Counted from the stretch's first letter, positions 45,656-63,197 are shown. The stretch: 64,000 bases of DNA from Schmidtea polychroa (GCA_044892525.1 CM097885.1:34474001-34538000), one strand, 5' to 3'. Translations and numbers: made by a program. Notes: generated by a model not told the origin, from the sequence alone.

Positions 45656-48600
45656 AAAGTGTAGCGTACGGCAGCAATTGCGTAATCAAAAAGCAGAAAA
45701 ATATTACAGCAGCAGAATCTGGGGGGTCATTGCTGCTGTACGCTACTAACTATCTACTTTTATGGACCAAAATTGCTTTCGTTTGAAATTTCAGTTAAAA
45801 AAATATTGCAAAATTTTATATTTATTGATTAAAATAATGAGCCACAATTTCAAAATAACTAAAATTTATTTTAAAAAAAGAAGCAAAATACATATTATAA
45901 TGATATCAGGTTATTTATTTACAGTCCAACGCGTTTTTTGTTGAAAATAAATTAAAATCATTGAATAAAATGACTATTTTGAGAAAATCTGAATTGTAAA
46001 CAAATAATATGGCAGGTACAAATTTAATTTTTATGGCATTCTTGCAAGTTAATTTTAAATTATGTATCACAGATGATTACAAGGACATCTTGAGATGAGG
46101 GGTAAGGAGTAGGTCACTTGATTGATTCGGGTTCAGAGGAAAACCGTCTTCAAATGTACTAAGTAAAAAATATAATTACATAAAAATATATAAATGTGGT
46201 ATATGTGATATAGAAATTGTTGAAATTGTATTGAAATACGTTTAATCTTTTAATTTTTTGCCTTTAAATCGTAAAATATGAAATTATTGAATTGAAAACG
46301 GATCAAAAGTGAAACCAAAAGATAAATATAATAATTTATTTTTATTACACTTTCTAGTTCTTAGAATTTGCAATATGTTCTCCGAAACGCTTAACGCATA
46401 AATACCTTACATTTTAATTATTTAAATAATGTCCGAAGTTTTTTCAGTTTTTACTATATTTATTATTACAAAACATAACTTAAGCCAACAATAAAAATCT
46501 CTTGGAATGGTCATGACTATTGTTGGAGTAACTTTTATAAATATCGTGTATTATTACATTTTTCTTTAAATTGAACCATTTATTAATTATGGTAAAGGAA
46601 AGTCAAAATATTTTGTAAAATTAACCGAAGAACAAAAACGCTAGTATTCTTTTTCGAAACTATGTTAAAGTTAATTACAAATCCACACATTCATTTTCTT
46701 TACTAATTTCTGATATTAATAATAATAATATTAAAAATAATAATAAAAATGGTTAAATTAAATATTACCAATTATTGATCTGTCTCCAGACAATATAAAC
46801 TTGTATTGACTAACGCAATGGATTACAAATTTACAGTGACATCATAAATTAAATATTACAACATTGACTTGAGTGCTTGTATATTTACTTAATAAATCAG
46901 AAGTAGTTGAGAAACTCAAATCAAGTTAATGTCAATCATATCAATTTTGCGAATCACCCGTTACCGGTAGTAGTGAAGTGTTTGTGTTCTCAGAGTATTA
47001 TCAATGTGGTGCTATTCTTCCCGAAGGGTTGAAATAAGCATATGAAATCTTTGGAGTGTTTTGAAAAATTGCTATCGTTGAATTCATTGTAATCAATTGT
47101 GATAATTAATAAAGTTTTACATCTTTGAGATTTGTCATTGTCCCAATATTTAATTTATTTATTTCAAATGGGAAATTGTCATTCTGTAATTATATTGTTA
47201 CTGACATGGGATCCCGCTGCCACATTTACTAAAGGTCAACTATAAGAATTCTAGACAAACGACTAAAAATAAAATTATTGAAATTCAATGAAATGCCATC
47301 AATCTCTATGAATTATCTCCACAAAAATAAAAATGCTAAATCTTTGATTTTCATTCTGCATTCTATTGATAATCTAATCAATTAATTCTATTAGAAAATA
47401 CTAATTACTAGAATTTAAAATCAATTTATATCAATATTGAAATTTAATATTCGGTAATTCATTTATATATATGAAATTATAATTTCATTAAAATTTTTCA
47501 AACACTCTGACCTTTCTTGGCAGTGACATGGGAAATCTGTTAGCAAATTGATAGGTCAGGTTCAGATTATTTTATTTTAAGTCATTAAATATTTATTTAT
47601 TTCTTTTTAAATATATCAAATATAATATATAATGAAGAAATTAGTATTTGTAGTGCCTAAAATATGCACATTTAATTTTATTAAATTTTTTTAATTATAT
47701 AAATTAAAATTACAAATACATTATTGATGCAATACGCAAAAATCAACTTGTTTAAACATTTACTTTGTTTTTACTATTGATCAAAAGAAAATTAAAAATG
47801 TATTCAGAACTCTGGAATCGCAACAATTTATGGAACATCGTACCGTTTCAACTCAATGTATAATTATATCGACATCAATTTATTTATTATTCGTGTATTT
47901 CAGTACCACCAGTGTTCAAAATAAAAAATAATGGAAATATCAGTTCGCATTTGAAATTTAAAAATAAAGACAAACCATTGTTTTGGATTATGGCCGCTTA
48001 TTTGCTTTTGCTAATCTTATTCGCAAAAATGGAACAAATACGAAACGAATATCTTGGTTCAGATTCCAAGTATTTCCATTCAAACTTTCAAAACTATATA
48101 AATGTTAATATATTTCAAATTATTAATTTATTTTTATGCTTCAACAGTATTTATTATTGATTTTCATTCTGACTCCAGTTGTGTTCTTTAGAATCAAATT
48201 AATGAGCTTCCAACAAAATAAAAATTTATTGATTCTTTATATACAACAGCAATATCATGCAGAACTCAAGAATAACAATAGATTACAATCGGTTATCTAC
48301 ATTTACCGTGCATCACAATAAGGGTAAAACATCTATGGAATCCAATACTAAATTGCTCTTGACAATAGAATAGTTTTCACTCTTCAGTTCTTCTATGCAT
48401 CTTTATTATCGCTTTCATTCTTGATCAATTTCTGGCAAGTGAGTTATGTTTAAACTGCTTTAATATGAATCTGGAAAAAATATTTTCGGTTCAATTTGTA
48501 TTCATTTCCTCCATGCCTGTCCGCATCTTTGGCAGTAACGAAATAATTGCCATTTGATCTTCCCTGATTTATTAAAATTTGTTTTCTTGGTAGCATCATT

Positions 48601-49316
48601 TATTATTGAAAACAATAAAGTGGTAATTTAAGTCTTTTGCTGCGAATAATGTATTTAATGAAAAAAGTTTTGACTATAAGATAGATAGACAAGGACTATC
48701 TTATAGTTTGTTTTGATATGTTTTAGTATTTTTAAATTAATTTTGACATTAGTACTTTTCTTTTTTTCTTGAAAATACTACTTTTTCTTTTTTTTATATT
48801 TTCAGAATTTTCAAATACAATTTTTTCAATTTTATTAACTTTATTTGTCTTATATTCATCTCCCTTTACTGGTTCCTCCAAAACTATGACAATATAAGCA
48901 ATAATTACTATTTATTTATTAGTCCCATAACGCGTTTTAAATGAGGTAAGCAAAATAAATCCTAGTTTTTTTCGTACAGTAGGTTCTTTATTCCGAAACT
49001 TTTAAAAAAGCCCCGTAGGTCCGCCATTGCTGTTTCCAGTAAGATTAATTTAAAATCACCATTATAAATTTTAAAACTAAGATCAACTCATATATTAGGT
49101 CAAGACTAACGTCTCTAAATCATTGGTTTTCAATGTTTGCTCCGCGGAGACCAAGGGAAAATGTATTTATTATAACTACATCTGTTATTTCCGATAACAT
49201 ATCTTTGTAAATCAGGATTTTCGCTATATTGTAACACAAAAACCATATATAGTAGTAGATCGAATGCTGAAGATAATATGAGATTGCAATAATTATGAAT
49301 AACACCCAGTTTTCAA

Positions 49317-49451
<135 letters not shown>

Positions 49452-49584
49452 TTAATGATTAACAAACACTTACATGCTAGCCCTTGTCGATCGGCAACGC
49501 ACAATTAATGAGCAACTGTGTAAATTCTCATGATTTGGAGAACTCCACAGGTCCATACGTTTGGGAACCATTGCTCTAGAATCT

Positions 49585-50000
49585 AGACTGTTACTTCACA
49601 CTGAAGTAAGATGGCTTTCAAAAGGATATTCCTTAAACAATATTTACGGAAATATTCGATGTACTTAGTGATTTCTTAAGCAACCTTCTCAATAAGTTTT
49701 TGATGACGGTCGACAGTAAAGCATTTATAAGCTATTTGACTGATATATTTGAAAAGTTTAACATTTTAAATTGTCAACTTCAAGGATCAAATAAAACACT
49801 TGTCAATGCAAAAGCAAAGATATTTGCATTCATTACTTTTATTGAATTATTTAAAAAAAATGTTTTTAACAAAAATTTTGAAAAATTTTAATGGCTCTAA
49901 AAATGTAAAGTGACTGATTAATTCTAATCTTGTTATTTTCGACCATCTGCAAACTTTATTAACTGATTATTAAACAACAATTTGCTGATTTAAAAGAAAT
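49585..50000 (+). pseudogene. hAT (Buster/ZBED5-like) transposase fragment
   Basis: RLLLHTEVRWLSKG at ~49585, then YLTDIFEKFNILNCQLQG (ORF 49700-49891). Confidence 0.75.
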
Positions 50001-50274
50001 AAATTTTTTTAATTTAAATTTTCAAAGTTCCCTCCAATGGATTTTATTATTTAATAGCTCATTCGAAAGGTATTTGAATCGTAAGTATTTGAGACCATCG
50101 AAGGTCTATGGAGGTTCAATAAACTTTAAAGGGCTAAAAACCTTTGAAATTTTTCAAAACTTTATAATATGTATATCAAACAAAAGGTATACTCTGAGTT
50201 TATTAGACAAGATATTTTGTCCCCTTAAGGGTATTGCTCACAAGGGTACTGTTACACTCAACATCTCACAGGGG

Positions 50275-50395
<121 letters not shown>

Positions 50396-50828
50396 AGAAC
50401 TTTTATTTCTTCCAATTTCACCAATGATTTTTTTATCCATTGAATTGAAAAGAGAGTTTGAAGACTATAAATTAGTAATATATCGATGTTTGTTGATACT
50501 CACAAATTTTCGGCACTGCCTTTTTCAAGTGAATTTAAATTGAACATATTAAAAGTTGTTATTATTACTAATAATACAAAATGTTTAAACTTAAAAACTA
50601 TCACAAGTTTTCAATATAATAATAAAAATGCACATATTAAAATGAAAACTATCACATTTTTTCAATATAACAATAAAAATGCACTTATTAAAAGATGTTA
50701 TTATTACTATTATTAAAAATGATTAAACTTGAAAACTATCACAAGTTTTAATACACCAATAAAAAAATAAAATAAAAATGAACACATTAAAAGTCAAGTT
50801 TTTTTTAAAGAAGATATATTTAATAATA

Positions 50829-53043
<2,215 letters not shown>

Positions 53044-53824
53044 GTTAATAATATATCATCTATATCAATATCAACATCTATATCGATACTATCATCGAAA
53101 TCTGGGCTGAAACCTCCACAAAGCGGTCCTACTTCATCCAATAGTTGATCATTATCTACAGCATCAACCCCAAAATAATGCCCAAGTGTGATACTGTTAT
53201 TTCCCCCCCCGCACCCATGATCGCTTGTCATCGTAATTTGTCGATGCAGCTAGAGTGTAAAAATTAATTTTTCCACCATTCAATTTCTATTTATGTTTTT
53301 ATTCAATGCAATATTAAATTTTAACACAATTGAGGTTGTGTATTTTGATAATAAAACTTTAGTGATTTTTCTTATAGAAGTTTTTATTTCATGCAAACGA
53401 ATGTATCCAGTGCAATAAGATTTTCAACACAAAGGTAAATTAGTGTGCTACTTATATTATAAAATGTATTGATGTTTTGAATTATAGAAAATGTCGTTTA
53501 GTGGAACCGGGTGTATACTTTCCATTAACTGGTAATGTAAAAATACTATTGTTATTATCATTGACAGATATATGAAATAAATTTAAAGCATTATTTTGAA
53601 ATTATATTTCTGATTCAGATTAAAAGTATCCGAAAATATTTACTCATGAAAATACCTTAATTTAAGAAGTCTAAGTTGTTTATATTTAATTTTATATTAT
53701 TGGAATAAATTTACTATTTATTTAAGATAACAAATGAATTCATAAAAGTATGAATTAGCTTTGATGAATGTCTAATATTTCAATACATGCTCGATTTATA
53801 AACTGGCAAATTCTATCCTTTATT

Positions 53825-54222
53825 CCAGGATTCCCAACCTTGGGTAAGCGTACCAGTACCGGTACGCGAATTACTTTATTATATATAAAACAAAAGCTAT
53901 TATAAAATCTGTTTTGCTAAAATAAAACATGACTACAATAACCCATACATTGAATCGGATCTTCGCCATAAACTGACAAACATTGAGCCTGGTATTTCTT
54001 CTTTAGTTAATAATAAACCGACACAACCTTCTCACTAACTATTTTTTAAGTCATAATTATATTTTATTTATATGTTTAGCAGTAAATATATCCCAAGTTA
54101 ATTGTCTTTATTGCAAATCTCCATTGCATTTTATACCACATTAAAAAAATTAGGTTTACCGGGACGCCATTAAATTGTTTACAACGTACATGTACGGTAC
54201 TATGAAGAGGTTTAGAATCAAT
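53825..54222 (+). mobile_element. Internally deleted hAT (Charlie/Buster-like) element
   Basis: Ends CAGGATTCCCAACCT ... AGGTTTAGAATCAATG. It keeps the transposase C-terminus ESDLRHKLTNIEPGISSLV..QPSH*. Confidence 0.6.
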
Positions 54223-55540
54223 GTGTTAAATAGTTAAATATAATTTGTAATTTACTTAATATGTAATTAATACATTAATATCTATCTATCTATATTACAA
54301 AATTAATAAACTAACAAACGAAAGCAGTTACACATGTAACACATTAAAGACACAAAAATATCGCAGAACAAAAACACAAACTAGCAGAAAATATCATCTT
54401 GCCAAAAGGGTAAGATTGGTATAAAAGGCGATCGTTACATCAATCAGGAAAATGTAAAAAGAGAAAAAATAAATAGAAAACAAAAAATATGATATATACA
54501 TATATAAAGTAAATATTATATTTAGTATACTTGAGTAATTTATAAATAGCCAAAATTAAAAATGGAAGTGTTTAAATAAGATCAAAAGAAGACACATTTT
54601 AATCAAACATTTCCCAACTTGTTTTATAATATTATTGGACAAAAATAATTTTAAAATGAAAAATAATATTTATTATTTTCATTATCCTTGACGTAGGACC
54701 CAGGATCATATGTTTCAGTTTATGACGTGATTGCTTTCATCTTCACTTTTATCGAATTCTATTTCGCTAATCCTTTTTAGTTCTTGATAAAAATTCAAAT
54801 ATTAAATTATTGTATTTAGAAAAGATTGTCTATAAATGATTGTCTATAAAAATAATGACAATTTTAATATATAATTTGTGAGTTCTGAATTTATCTTTTT
54901 TGTCACATTTTCAAGGGTATATAACAATTTCAAAACCACATAAATATTCCTTAATGGTCAGATTTTTTCTATACATGTTTTATAAAATTAATAATAATAA
55001 AATTTATTACTCAGTTTCAAAATTTTACGTATTAAGACGAGTTATTCTATGGCAGTTTGTGACAATAATGACATAATAAATATCAACTATGCGAGTCGGC
55101 AACCAAACCCGACTTTGATAAGGTATCATATTATACATTTTTCAAAGTACGAAATTTATCGTCTTAGCCTGTATTATCAAAAGATTGATTCAAGTAATAA
55201 TATTTAAAAAATATTGTGGGAAAGAATGATACAGTTCAACATATAATCTCAACTTTTTGTAATTGTAATTGTCTTTTTTTTAACTTATCCCTACAATAAA
55301 ATTTATCTATTATTATCATTTTCATGTAATAATCATTATAATAATATGAAAAATAATTTTGAGATAAATAAAAATAAATAATTTAAAATCGGTTATCGGT
55401 TAATATGTAAAATTGTAAAGTGAAACGGTTTGAAAGCATTTTACTTGTCATATTAAATATTTTTACCAGTGATGTCATAATAATGAGTTATAAAAACAGC
55501 AATAATAAAAATAATAATTGTAAAAATATATATTAATACA

Positions 55541-55699
55541 ATTTATTAAAAAGAGAGTTTGAAGACTATAAATCAGTAATATATCGATGTTTGTTGATAC
55601 TCACGAATTTTCGACAGTGCCTTTTTAAAGTGAATTTTGAGTATCAACAAACATCGATATCTTACTGATTTATAGTCTCAAACTCTCTTTTTAATAAAT
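55541..55699. repeat. Near-perfect hairpin (62-bp arms, ~34-nt loop)
   Basis: ATTTATTAAAAAGAGAGTTTGAAGACTATAAATCAGTAA...GATACTCA and its inverted copy; a related copy lies at ~50391-50536. Confidence 0.85.
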
Positions 55700-56639
55700 T
55701 CAATGGAAAAAATAATCAGTGGTGAACTTGGAAGAAAAAAAGTTCTTATAATATATTAATACATTTTATTAATATTTTTGTAACTAGCATTTTATAAAAA
55801 CTGAAATATAAAATACAAATTAATTAAAAATTAATAATTAAATATAATTAAATTAATTACTAAAGTCTTTTAACTTCTTCCCCTTTGATTTATTATTTAC
55901 TATTTCATTCTTTCAGACTATAGATCATTGTGTTAATTTTAGTATAATAACAATTTAATTTTCAGAATACAAATAAGAATTATTATTATTAATATAATTA
56001 TTAATTTAATAATAATAAAAATTGGGAAATTTTTATAAACTTCATTCAATGTTTGTTCAATGTAAGTCAAACAATTCTTTAAATGGGAACTGAACTGGCA
56101 TTGTCATGTATAAACAATGAACAGGTTTTTATATTATTCGTTCGTTGAATATGGAAATCTCAAATATTATTGGAGAAAAAGTTAATTTTCTAATTAATAA
56201 TAATGATTTAATAAAATTTAATTTATTATGATTGACAGACTTTTTTTTTGACTGGAATTGAAGTTGAATTTTTTTCTATTTTCAAATATTATTTGTGCAT
56301 TTTTTTATAATTTATTAACGACTTGCCATAATTATAAGATTTTACAAATTCTGGAAAAGTAAATTGAACCTATTTTTTAGAGATAATTTTTTCTTTCTTT
56401 ATATATTTTCTTAATTTCAAATTTGTCTTTCATTGCCTTTTGAAATAAATTGAAGAAATATTATTTAGAAGAATTATAAATATATGATTTCTTTTTTTAA
56501 TCTTTTTTTTATTAACGTGTTAAGGGTTTTGAATTATTTTAATTCTTCAAAAATGGAAGTATTAAAATGAATAAAAACAGTTTTAATTAGGAATTTTCTT
56601 TAGGAGTCGCTTTAGACAACTTTATCACGTACATGTATT

Positions 56640-57330
56640 TTATTAATCATCAACAAAGCTGGTTAATGACTTTCTTTTCAATAACATTGTTAGAAAAGTA
56701 GCAGAAATTATTCATTCTTAAACAAAAATACCAAATATAGTTGTTAAAATACAAAAAATTAGGTCTTATCAACGTATTGCCATTAGAAATGTAAATAATT
56801 ATTTCATAACACTCATACTTATCACCTCGTACTGATTTTTTTTTGCACCAAGCTTCTTATTCACCAAAACTTATATTGGGTGTTCCATATTCTTTGTTTT
56901 CTAACTGCGACAAAAAATTTGATAGTTGCTGTTTCGTTGCAACTGGTAATGACTTTTCAGCAAGAAGTTCTAAAATGCGCTTTGGCTTGAATTTCAGTTT
57001 GAATTGTCTCTTCTTTAATGCTTGTTGTTCGTAGTTGTTCATGTTGATGTTCATCATTTGTAATTAAAATAGTTACAGTTTCATTGTCGCTTTTTTACTT
57101 GATTGCACTTGTAGTATACTTTCTTGCCTTCACCTGTAATATGTGTCATTGAAATGCTCAAGATTCGATTATTCTTTATTTTTTCTAAAGCTTGTCCCTT
57201 GTACTCGAAGGTCTGAAAAGGTACCCACTTTCATCTAGTTTGCTTTGTGCGTTTTGTATTAGAAGCTGTGTTGTCTTGGGTGTTGTCTAGCTTTTCATCT
57301 ATATCGCTTTAATAGTGTGCTACGCGTTGT
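56640..57330 (-). pseudogene. Probable Mutator-like (MULE/SWIM-type) transposase N-terminal remnant
   Basis: Manual translation gives KWVPFQTF..THITGEGKKVYYKCNQVKKR; ORF 56857-57057 gives KPKRILELL..LPV.TKQQLSNFL..YG..ISFGE. The pattern is recalled, not searched. Confidence 0.45.
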
Positions 57331-57495
57331 AATTGAACCATTTAGAGCTTTCAATTTGAAATACTGCTAATTACATATTAATATTGCACGCATAACAAAT
57401 TGCCCACAAAATATTAGCGACCACTAAGGATTATTTATGTGCTTTTTAAATTGTTATATACCCTTGAAAATGTGACAAAAAAGATAAATTCAGAG

Positions 57496-59835
57496 CTAGT
57501 GATAGCAAAATATCCTAAAATGTAATTATCGATAAATATCAAAAAAAAACAAACAATACAAATTTTTATTAAAGATTTTTTTATTTAATTTAACTTATTA
57601 AAAAACGCTTTTAAAAGACATAACGCATTTAGGCTTTTATCAGTTAATCGTGACCGCATTTTTGTGCAGAAAATCCCTGAGGCCGAAAACGCCCTTTCTG
57701 AATCAATACTTGTTGGTTGCACAGATCTAAGGTAGTTATAGGCCAATTCTAAGTATTTTCCACGAACTTTCATATCTTCAAAATATATCATTTCTCTTTT
57801 ATTAATTTTATTTATATCTCCTAACGTTCTTTGCTGTGATCCTTGTGGACATTCGAAATTTAAATTAGATTTTTCTTGTATTGTTCGGTGAAGTTTTTCT
57901 TTCGCTGATAATATAACATCAGGAACAGGAGTGTGTGACACCTCTAAAACTTCTTCTATAATATCATCCCCGTTTTCAACAAAGTTTTCATCATTTTTGT
58001 TACAATAACTCATCACCAATTTTACAATAGCTTTAGTTATTGAACTTTTACTTGTTTGATAGAATATAGTAATCTTCTTCGTTTGATGTAAAGTAACATT
58101 GCGGATTATTCAAATATTGAAAAACATCTGCAAAAGGTTGTTCGGCGTTCCTTGATACGTAAAATCAATTCTTATTTAAATTGATTACTTAAACAGCTGT
58201 TTTGTTGAGATAATTCATCCAGCATAAATTTTAAAGTGATGTCAGCATTATATAGATTTGTGTCTCGAAAAGAAAGTGTTTCCACCGCCACATTAATGGG
58301 AAGCAGCGCTGGTATTATACTTGATTATAAGTGAAATTGTTCATCTGAAAAGCTAATATCTATGTTAAGGTGAATTAAACTTTTTCTTACCATATTTTTA
58401 ATTAGCTGAAATCGTTCGAGCATATCTAGTTTTCGAATCCAATTTCAATTCCATTACTTTTCCAAATTCTGCCTTTACATATTTTTGAAGAACACTATCA
58501 TTTTTTGTAGGTGATCTGCGAAAATATTTTATGACCTTTCGTATTTGCTTAACTAGCGAGTATATTTTTGAGTCCAATATTATATTTAAAACTCCTTCTA
58601 TGGGCGTACGATTAATTATATCAAAACCATCATTTTCTTGTTTTTCATCATTATCTAGATAATTTTCATCATCTTCATCATTATCCGGATTCTCATAATT
58701 ATTTAATTCTTCATTTACCTTATGTTTTTTATAAAGGACTTTTACCACAGCTAAGTGTATGCCATGTGCTAGGCAAAGCTGATGGTCAGCATTTAGTAAT
58801 TTTCCCACTTTTGCCATCACGGAAGCACCGTTCATTGTTATTGAAATAATATTATCAATTAAAAAATTAAATTCACTCAATTTCTCACAAAGTAGTTCAA
58901 CGCACTTCTCTGCTGGCATCGATTCATACACTCGCGTTAAGCCAAGGTTCCAAAATATGTTATTCGCGTGAATATTAATATTCATATATGGGCGATTTTT
59001 AATCGATGTCCACTCGTCAAACGTCAAACTAAATCTTTCGCCGCGAACAATTCGTGAGGATAACTCATTTATCATTTCATCACGTATTTTTTGGGAATAC
59101 GATAAAACTATATTCCTAATTGTATTGGATGATTTAGGAATTTGTTGATGGCATTTACTTTTTAATAGCTCTCTTAAATCATGACGTACAAAATGTTTTA
59201 AATGCCAGGCCATCTTTGCTTGTCATCCGAGATATTATTGCAGGTGGAGATTCATCAATGGTTTCGGTGAAAACTTTGTAATTTTACCAGAAAAATTCGA
59301 TTCGGTTGATATTTTTATTTTGCTTGAGGTCAAGGTCCCACAATTTAATTTAATAAATTTATGTTATGATGTGCTCTAATATGGCTACATAAACCAGTAG
59401 TCCTTCCGTCTGAAGATTTTATGGTTTTCGAGCAACCTTGAATTGTGCATTTCCATCTTTAGTGTGGTTAAAATAATTCCACGGTGAATCTTTATTCTTA
59501 TCATTTACATATAATTATTCGCCATGCCCTGAAAAATATCAACACGTATAATATATATTAAATTAAAAAAATACTTGTTACCTTTTATAAAATTTACCAA
59601 AATGTAGAAGTTCAAATTTAACAATATTACAAACAAACAATTTAAAAAGTTTAAGTGTAAAAACAAATTAAACTAATTATTTGAACAATTAAACTACCCA
59701 AAATTTTGATAAAATTTTCAGAAATCGAAAAATGTGTGATGGTTTATTTATCGAATTATCGATAATATTTAGAGGATGTATCGATAATTTTAAAATGATA
59801 TTTTTGTCCGATTAATCGGTTTATCGAAATCCCTG
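57496..59835 (-). mobile_element. hAT transposon with a frameshifted BED-finger transposase
   Basis: ORF 58398-59213 (FSLTFDEWTS, CLAHGIHL, DSKTR); ORF 57585-58019 (PTSIDSERAFS dimerisation domain); BED-like W..F..C..C..H near 59370-59480. Right end ...ATCCCTG. Degenerate 8-bp TSD ATTCAGAG/AATCAGAA. Confidence 0.85.
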
Positions 59836-60215
59836 AATCAGAACTCACAAACTGTATATTAAAATTTTCATTATTTTTTAGGCAATCATTTTTCACGAGT
59901 CTTTTCTAAATGCAATAATTTCTATTTGAATTTTAATCAAGAACTAAAAAGAATTAGTGAAATAGAATTTGATAAAAGTGAAGATGAAAGCAATACTGTC
60001 AAAAATTGAAATAAATGATCCTGAGTCTTACGTCAAGGTTAATGAAAATAATAAATATTATTTTTTATTTTAAAATTATTTTTGTCCAATATTATTATAA
60101 AAACAAGTTGGGAAATGTTTGCTTAAAAATGTGTCTTCTTTTAATCTTATTTAAACACTTCCAGTTTTTATTTTGGCGATTTATAAATTCCCTATGTATA
60201 CCAAATATAATATTT

Positions 60216-60510
<295 letters not shown>

Positions 60511-60924
60511 TTTTGTTTATTTTTTTGTTTTCTATTTATTATTTCTCTTTTTTACATTTTCCTGATTGATGTAACGATCGCCTTTTATACCAATCTTACC
60601 CTTTCAATAAGTTGATATTTTCTGCTAGTTTGTGTCTTTGTTCGGCGATCTTTTTGTTTCTTTAATGTGTTTCATGTGTAACTGCTTTCGTTTCTTAGTT
60701 TATTAATTTTGTTAGTTATTTTGTGTTTCTAATAAGCATGTTTTTACATTCATCCCTTAACTGATAAATCCTTCCATATATATTTTTAAGCACTTTAAGG
60801 GCCGAGCATTTCGATCATCATCTTTCTTTTTCATATCTATCTTAACCAGTACCAGAAATTCCTTGTTTCTTGTTTTGTTTCTTTATTAACTAAACCTAAT
60901 CTTTTTTATAAGAAAGCTTGATTT

Positions 60925-61830
60925 CAGTGAACGCGGTGAAAATAAAATCACGTAAAAAATTCACTATTCATATGTAAATTGGGTAGATTTGTACCAAAAA
61001 TTAAAAAAATTAAATAAAAAAATTAAATGAAAAATAAACTTGATTCCATTAAAAAAATCGTGAAAATTCTATATTTGTTGTCATCGGTATTGGTAGTAAA
61101 TTTCAAACTTTTCTCTTTTTCTAAGGAAGTGCCAAGATATAGCTCCAACTTCATTGTGATGAGTCTGTTTCATGAAATTTCTTTGCTTGTTTTCAATTCG
61201 GATCATTTGAGAAAAAAAATTTTTCAAATTGTGTTACAAGTTCTAATTCATTTTTAATGGTTTCTGATCTTAGTAATACCTCCTCTGTAACTTCGTCATT
61301 TCTATTTATTGATTCAAAATTTATGGAACCAATTTCAATTAAACCGTTCTCGTCTAGCATCTGATCAAGAAAGATTTCATTAAGATCATTCAGGGTCTTA
61401 TTTTCGAGCCCTTACCTACTCATCGTAATTATTAGCAGTATCTGTTGAAGTTGTTTCAGTTAAAACAGAAGCGTTTAACGTAGAGCTTCTCAAATGTGCG
61501 ATTGCTGAATAAAAGATTCTTTCCAAGCATTACTGAATTTTAATTCATTGTCATTCATTTTCAAATGGTACGTTTTGAACATCGATATAATTTCAAGGTC
61601 CAATGGTTACATAATTGTTATCGTATTAGGTGAAAGTAAAATTGTCTGTACGTTGGGATACCTTAGTAATGGAAGACCAGGCGTATTATCAATAAATTAA
61701 TTGGATCTTAAAATACTACGGTTTCACCTCTGGTACAAAACATTTCACAAACCAATTTCTGAATATAATTTCAGTGATGACTTTTTATTTGCAACCCAAC
61801 GAATATAATTTTTTCTTTGGTTTTCATATT
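60925..61830 (-). pseudogene. pogo/Tigger DDE_1 transposase remnant
   Basis: Manual minus-strand translation of ~61570-61800 gives WVANKK..FRNWF..FVPEVK..LIDNTPG..SPNT...PLDLEIISMFKTY (consensus DNAP.H...PPNTT..QPLD). A CAGTG-type end lies at ~60925. Confidence 0.65.
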
Positions 61831-63197
61831 ATGAAAATCATTTCGTTCTATAAATTTAGATTAATAACTCTGCCTAGACCCCTTTAGATTTATAGTTGTC
61901 AAATTCTTATTCATTTTTTTGTGTGGTACCAGCTCACATCTTCCCTCCGAAAAATATTAATTTAGATTTTTTGAATAAAATTTTGAATTTTGATTGCTTC
62001 CCACTCGAACGTTTGTGAATTTCAGATTAATTTGTACTTATTGACAAATTCCTACAAATTTTATTATTTTATAATGACAATTAAATCTTCAAATCTAAAT
62101 TCCTATCAGTCATTTTTTCGAGGAACTTATATTTTTGAAGGTTGGGAGTGTTCTTACTGCTGAAACAATAGTCACATCAAAGTTTTTGAAATCAAAAAGT
62201 AACAATTGATCCATAATTTTAAAAACTTTTAAACCTATGATTAAAATTAGTCGGTTAGAATGAACAATTTTTAGTCTTCATCAGTATTGTGTATAAATAA
62301 ACAAAATATGTATTTTATAACAACTATTGTTCCTGGATTCTTTCAGCACACCCAAAGATTTGAATAAATCGAAGAATTGAAAATAATTTCCAGATACGTA
62401 TTTTGATTAGTTTAAGTTTAGGTCATAAAAACGCTCTCTATAATTTTTTATTTGTGGAAATTTTAGCTCTTTAAATAAAATATGAGAGCGAGAATCATTT
62501 TTCTAGTAACTAGTTAAAATACTTAGCAGCTGATAGTTAGTAATTGGTATTTGATTGTAAATAGTACCTAGTTGTTACTGTTTGTTAGAAGTATATAGGT
62601 TTTAGTATTTGGTTGGGTTTTTAGATTTTGACAAAATATAAGAAATATTCCACTTGCTGAATTAAGAAGAGCTTATTATAAGCAAATACTTGATGAATAA
62701 ATTTTATTAAGTCTTTAATTGTTATTATTTTATGTGTAGGTATGTGGTTGTTAGTACTTGATTGTTTGTACTTGATTGTTGTTAGTAAATGGTACTTGGT
62801 ATCTAATTGTGAATAGTTTGTAGTTGGTTGTAAGTAATTGATTTTAAGTACCTGGTTGTTGTCGGTATCTGATTGTTGAATTATTAATAATATTATTATT
62901 AAATAAATAGTTAAACATACATGGCAATGATTTAATTATAAGATAACGCCAATCAAACATTCTTTTCACCATTAATTTTGGCAGTTTTCCTGTCATCATC
63001 AGGTGGGATATAATAACTCATTAAATTAAGGATTTTAAACAAATTTAATTATGTATAAAAAAATTGTTTTCATTTTATAAAAAAATATATTATTTTTTTT
63101 TTAAATTTTAACATTTAAAATTTAATTTAATAATTTAAAAAATATTTATTAATTATTTAATTTAACACAACAATCAATACATACAATACACAAAAGC

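Larger units (their letters stand above)
38338..45758. mobile_element. Non-coding foldback-like element with Maverick-type AGT...ACT termini and long repeat-built inverted arms
   Basis: Left AGTAGGTAGTTAG versus right CTAACTATCTACT. Inverted ~60-bp (GTATTGAAAATCCCAGGACC) and ~30-bp (TTAAAGTAAATTATGGGTC) subrepeat arrays lie on both arms, around a central (AAT)n. No matching TSD. Confidence 0.55.

Noticed and set aside
48480..48600. Minus-strand VTAKDAD resembling a cadherin motif
   Set aside because: It is an isolated short match with no other cadherin motifs or supportable exon structure.
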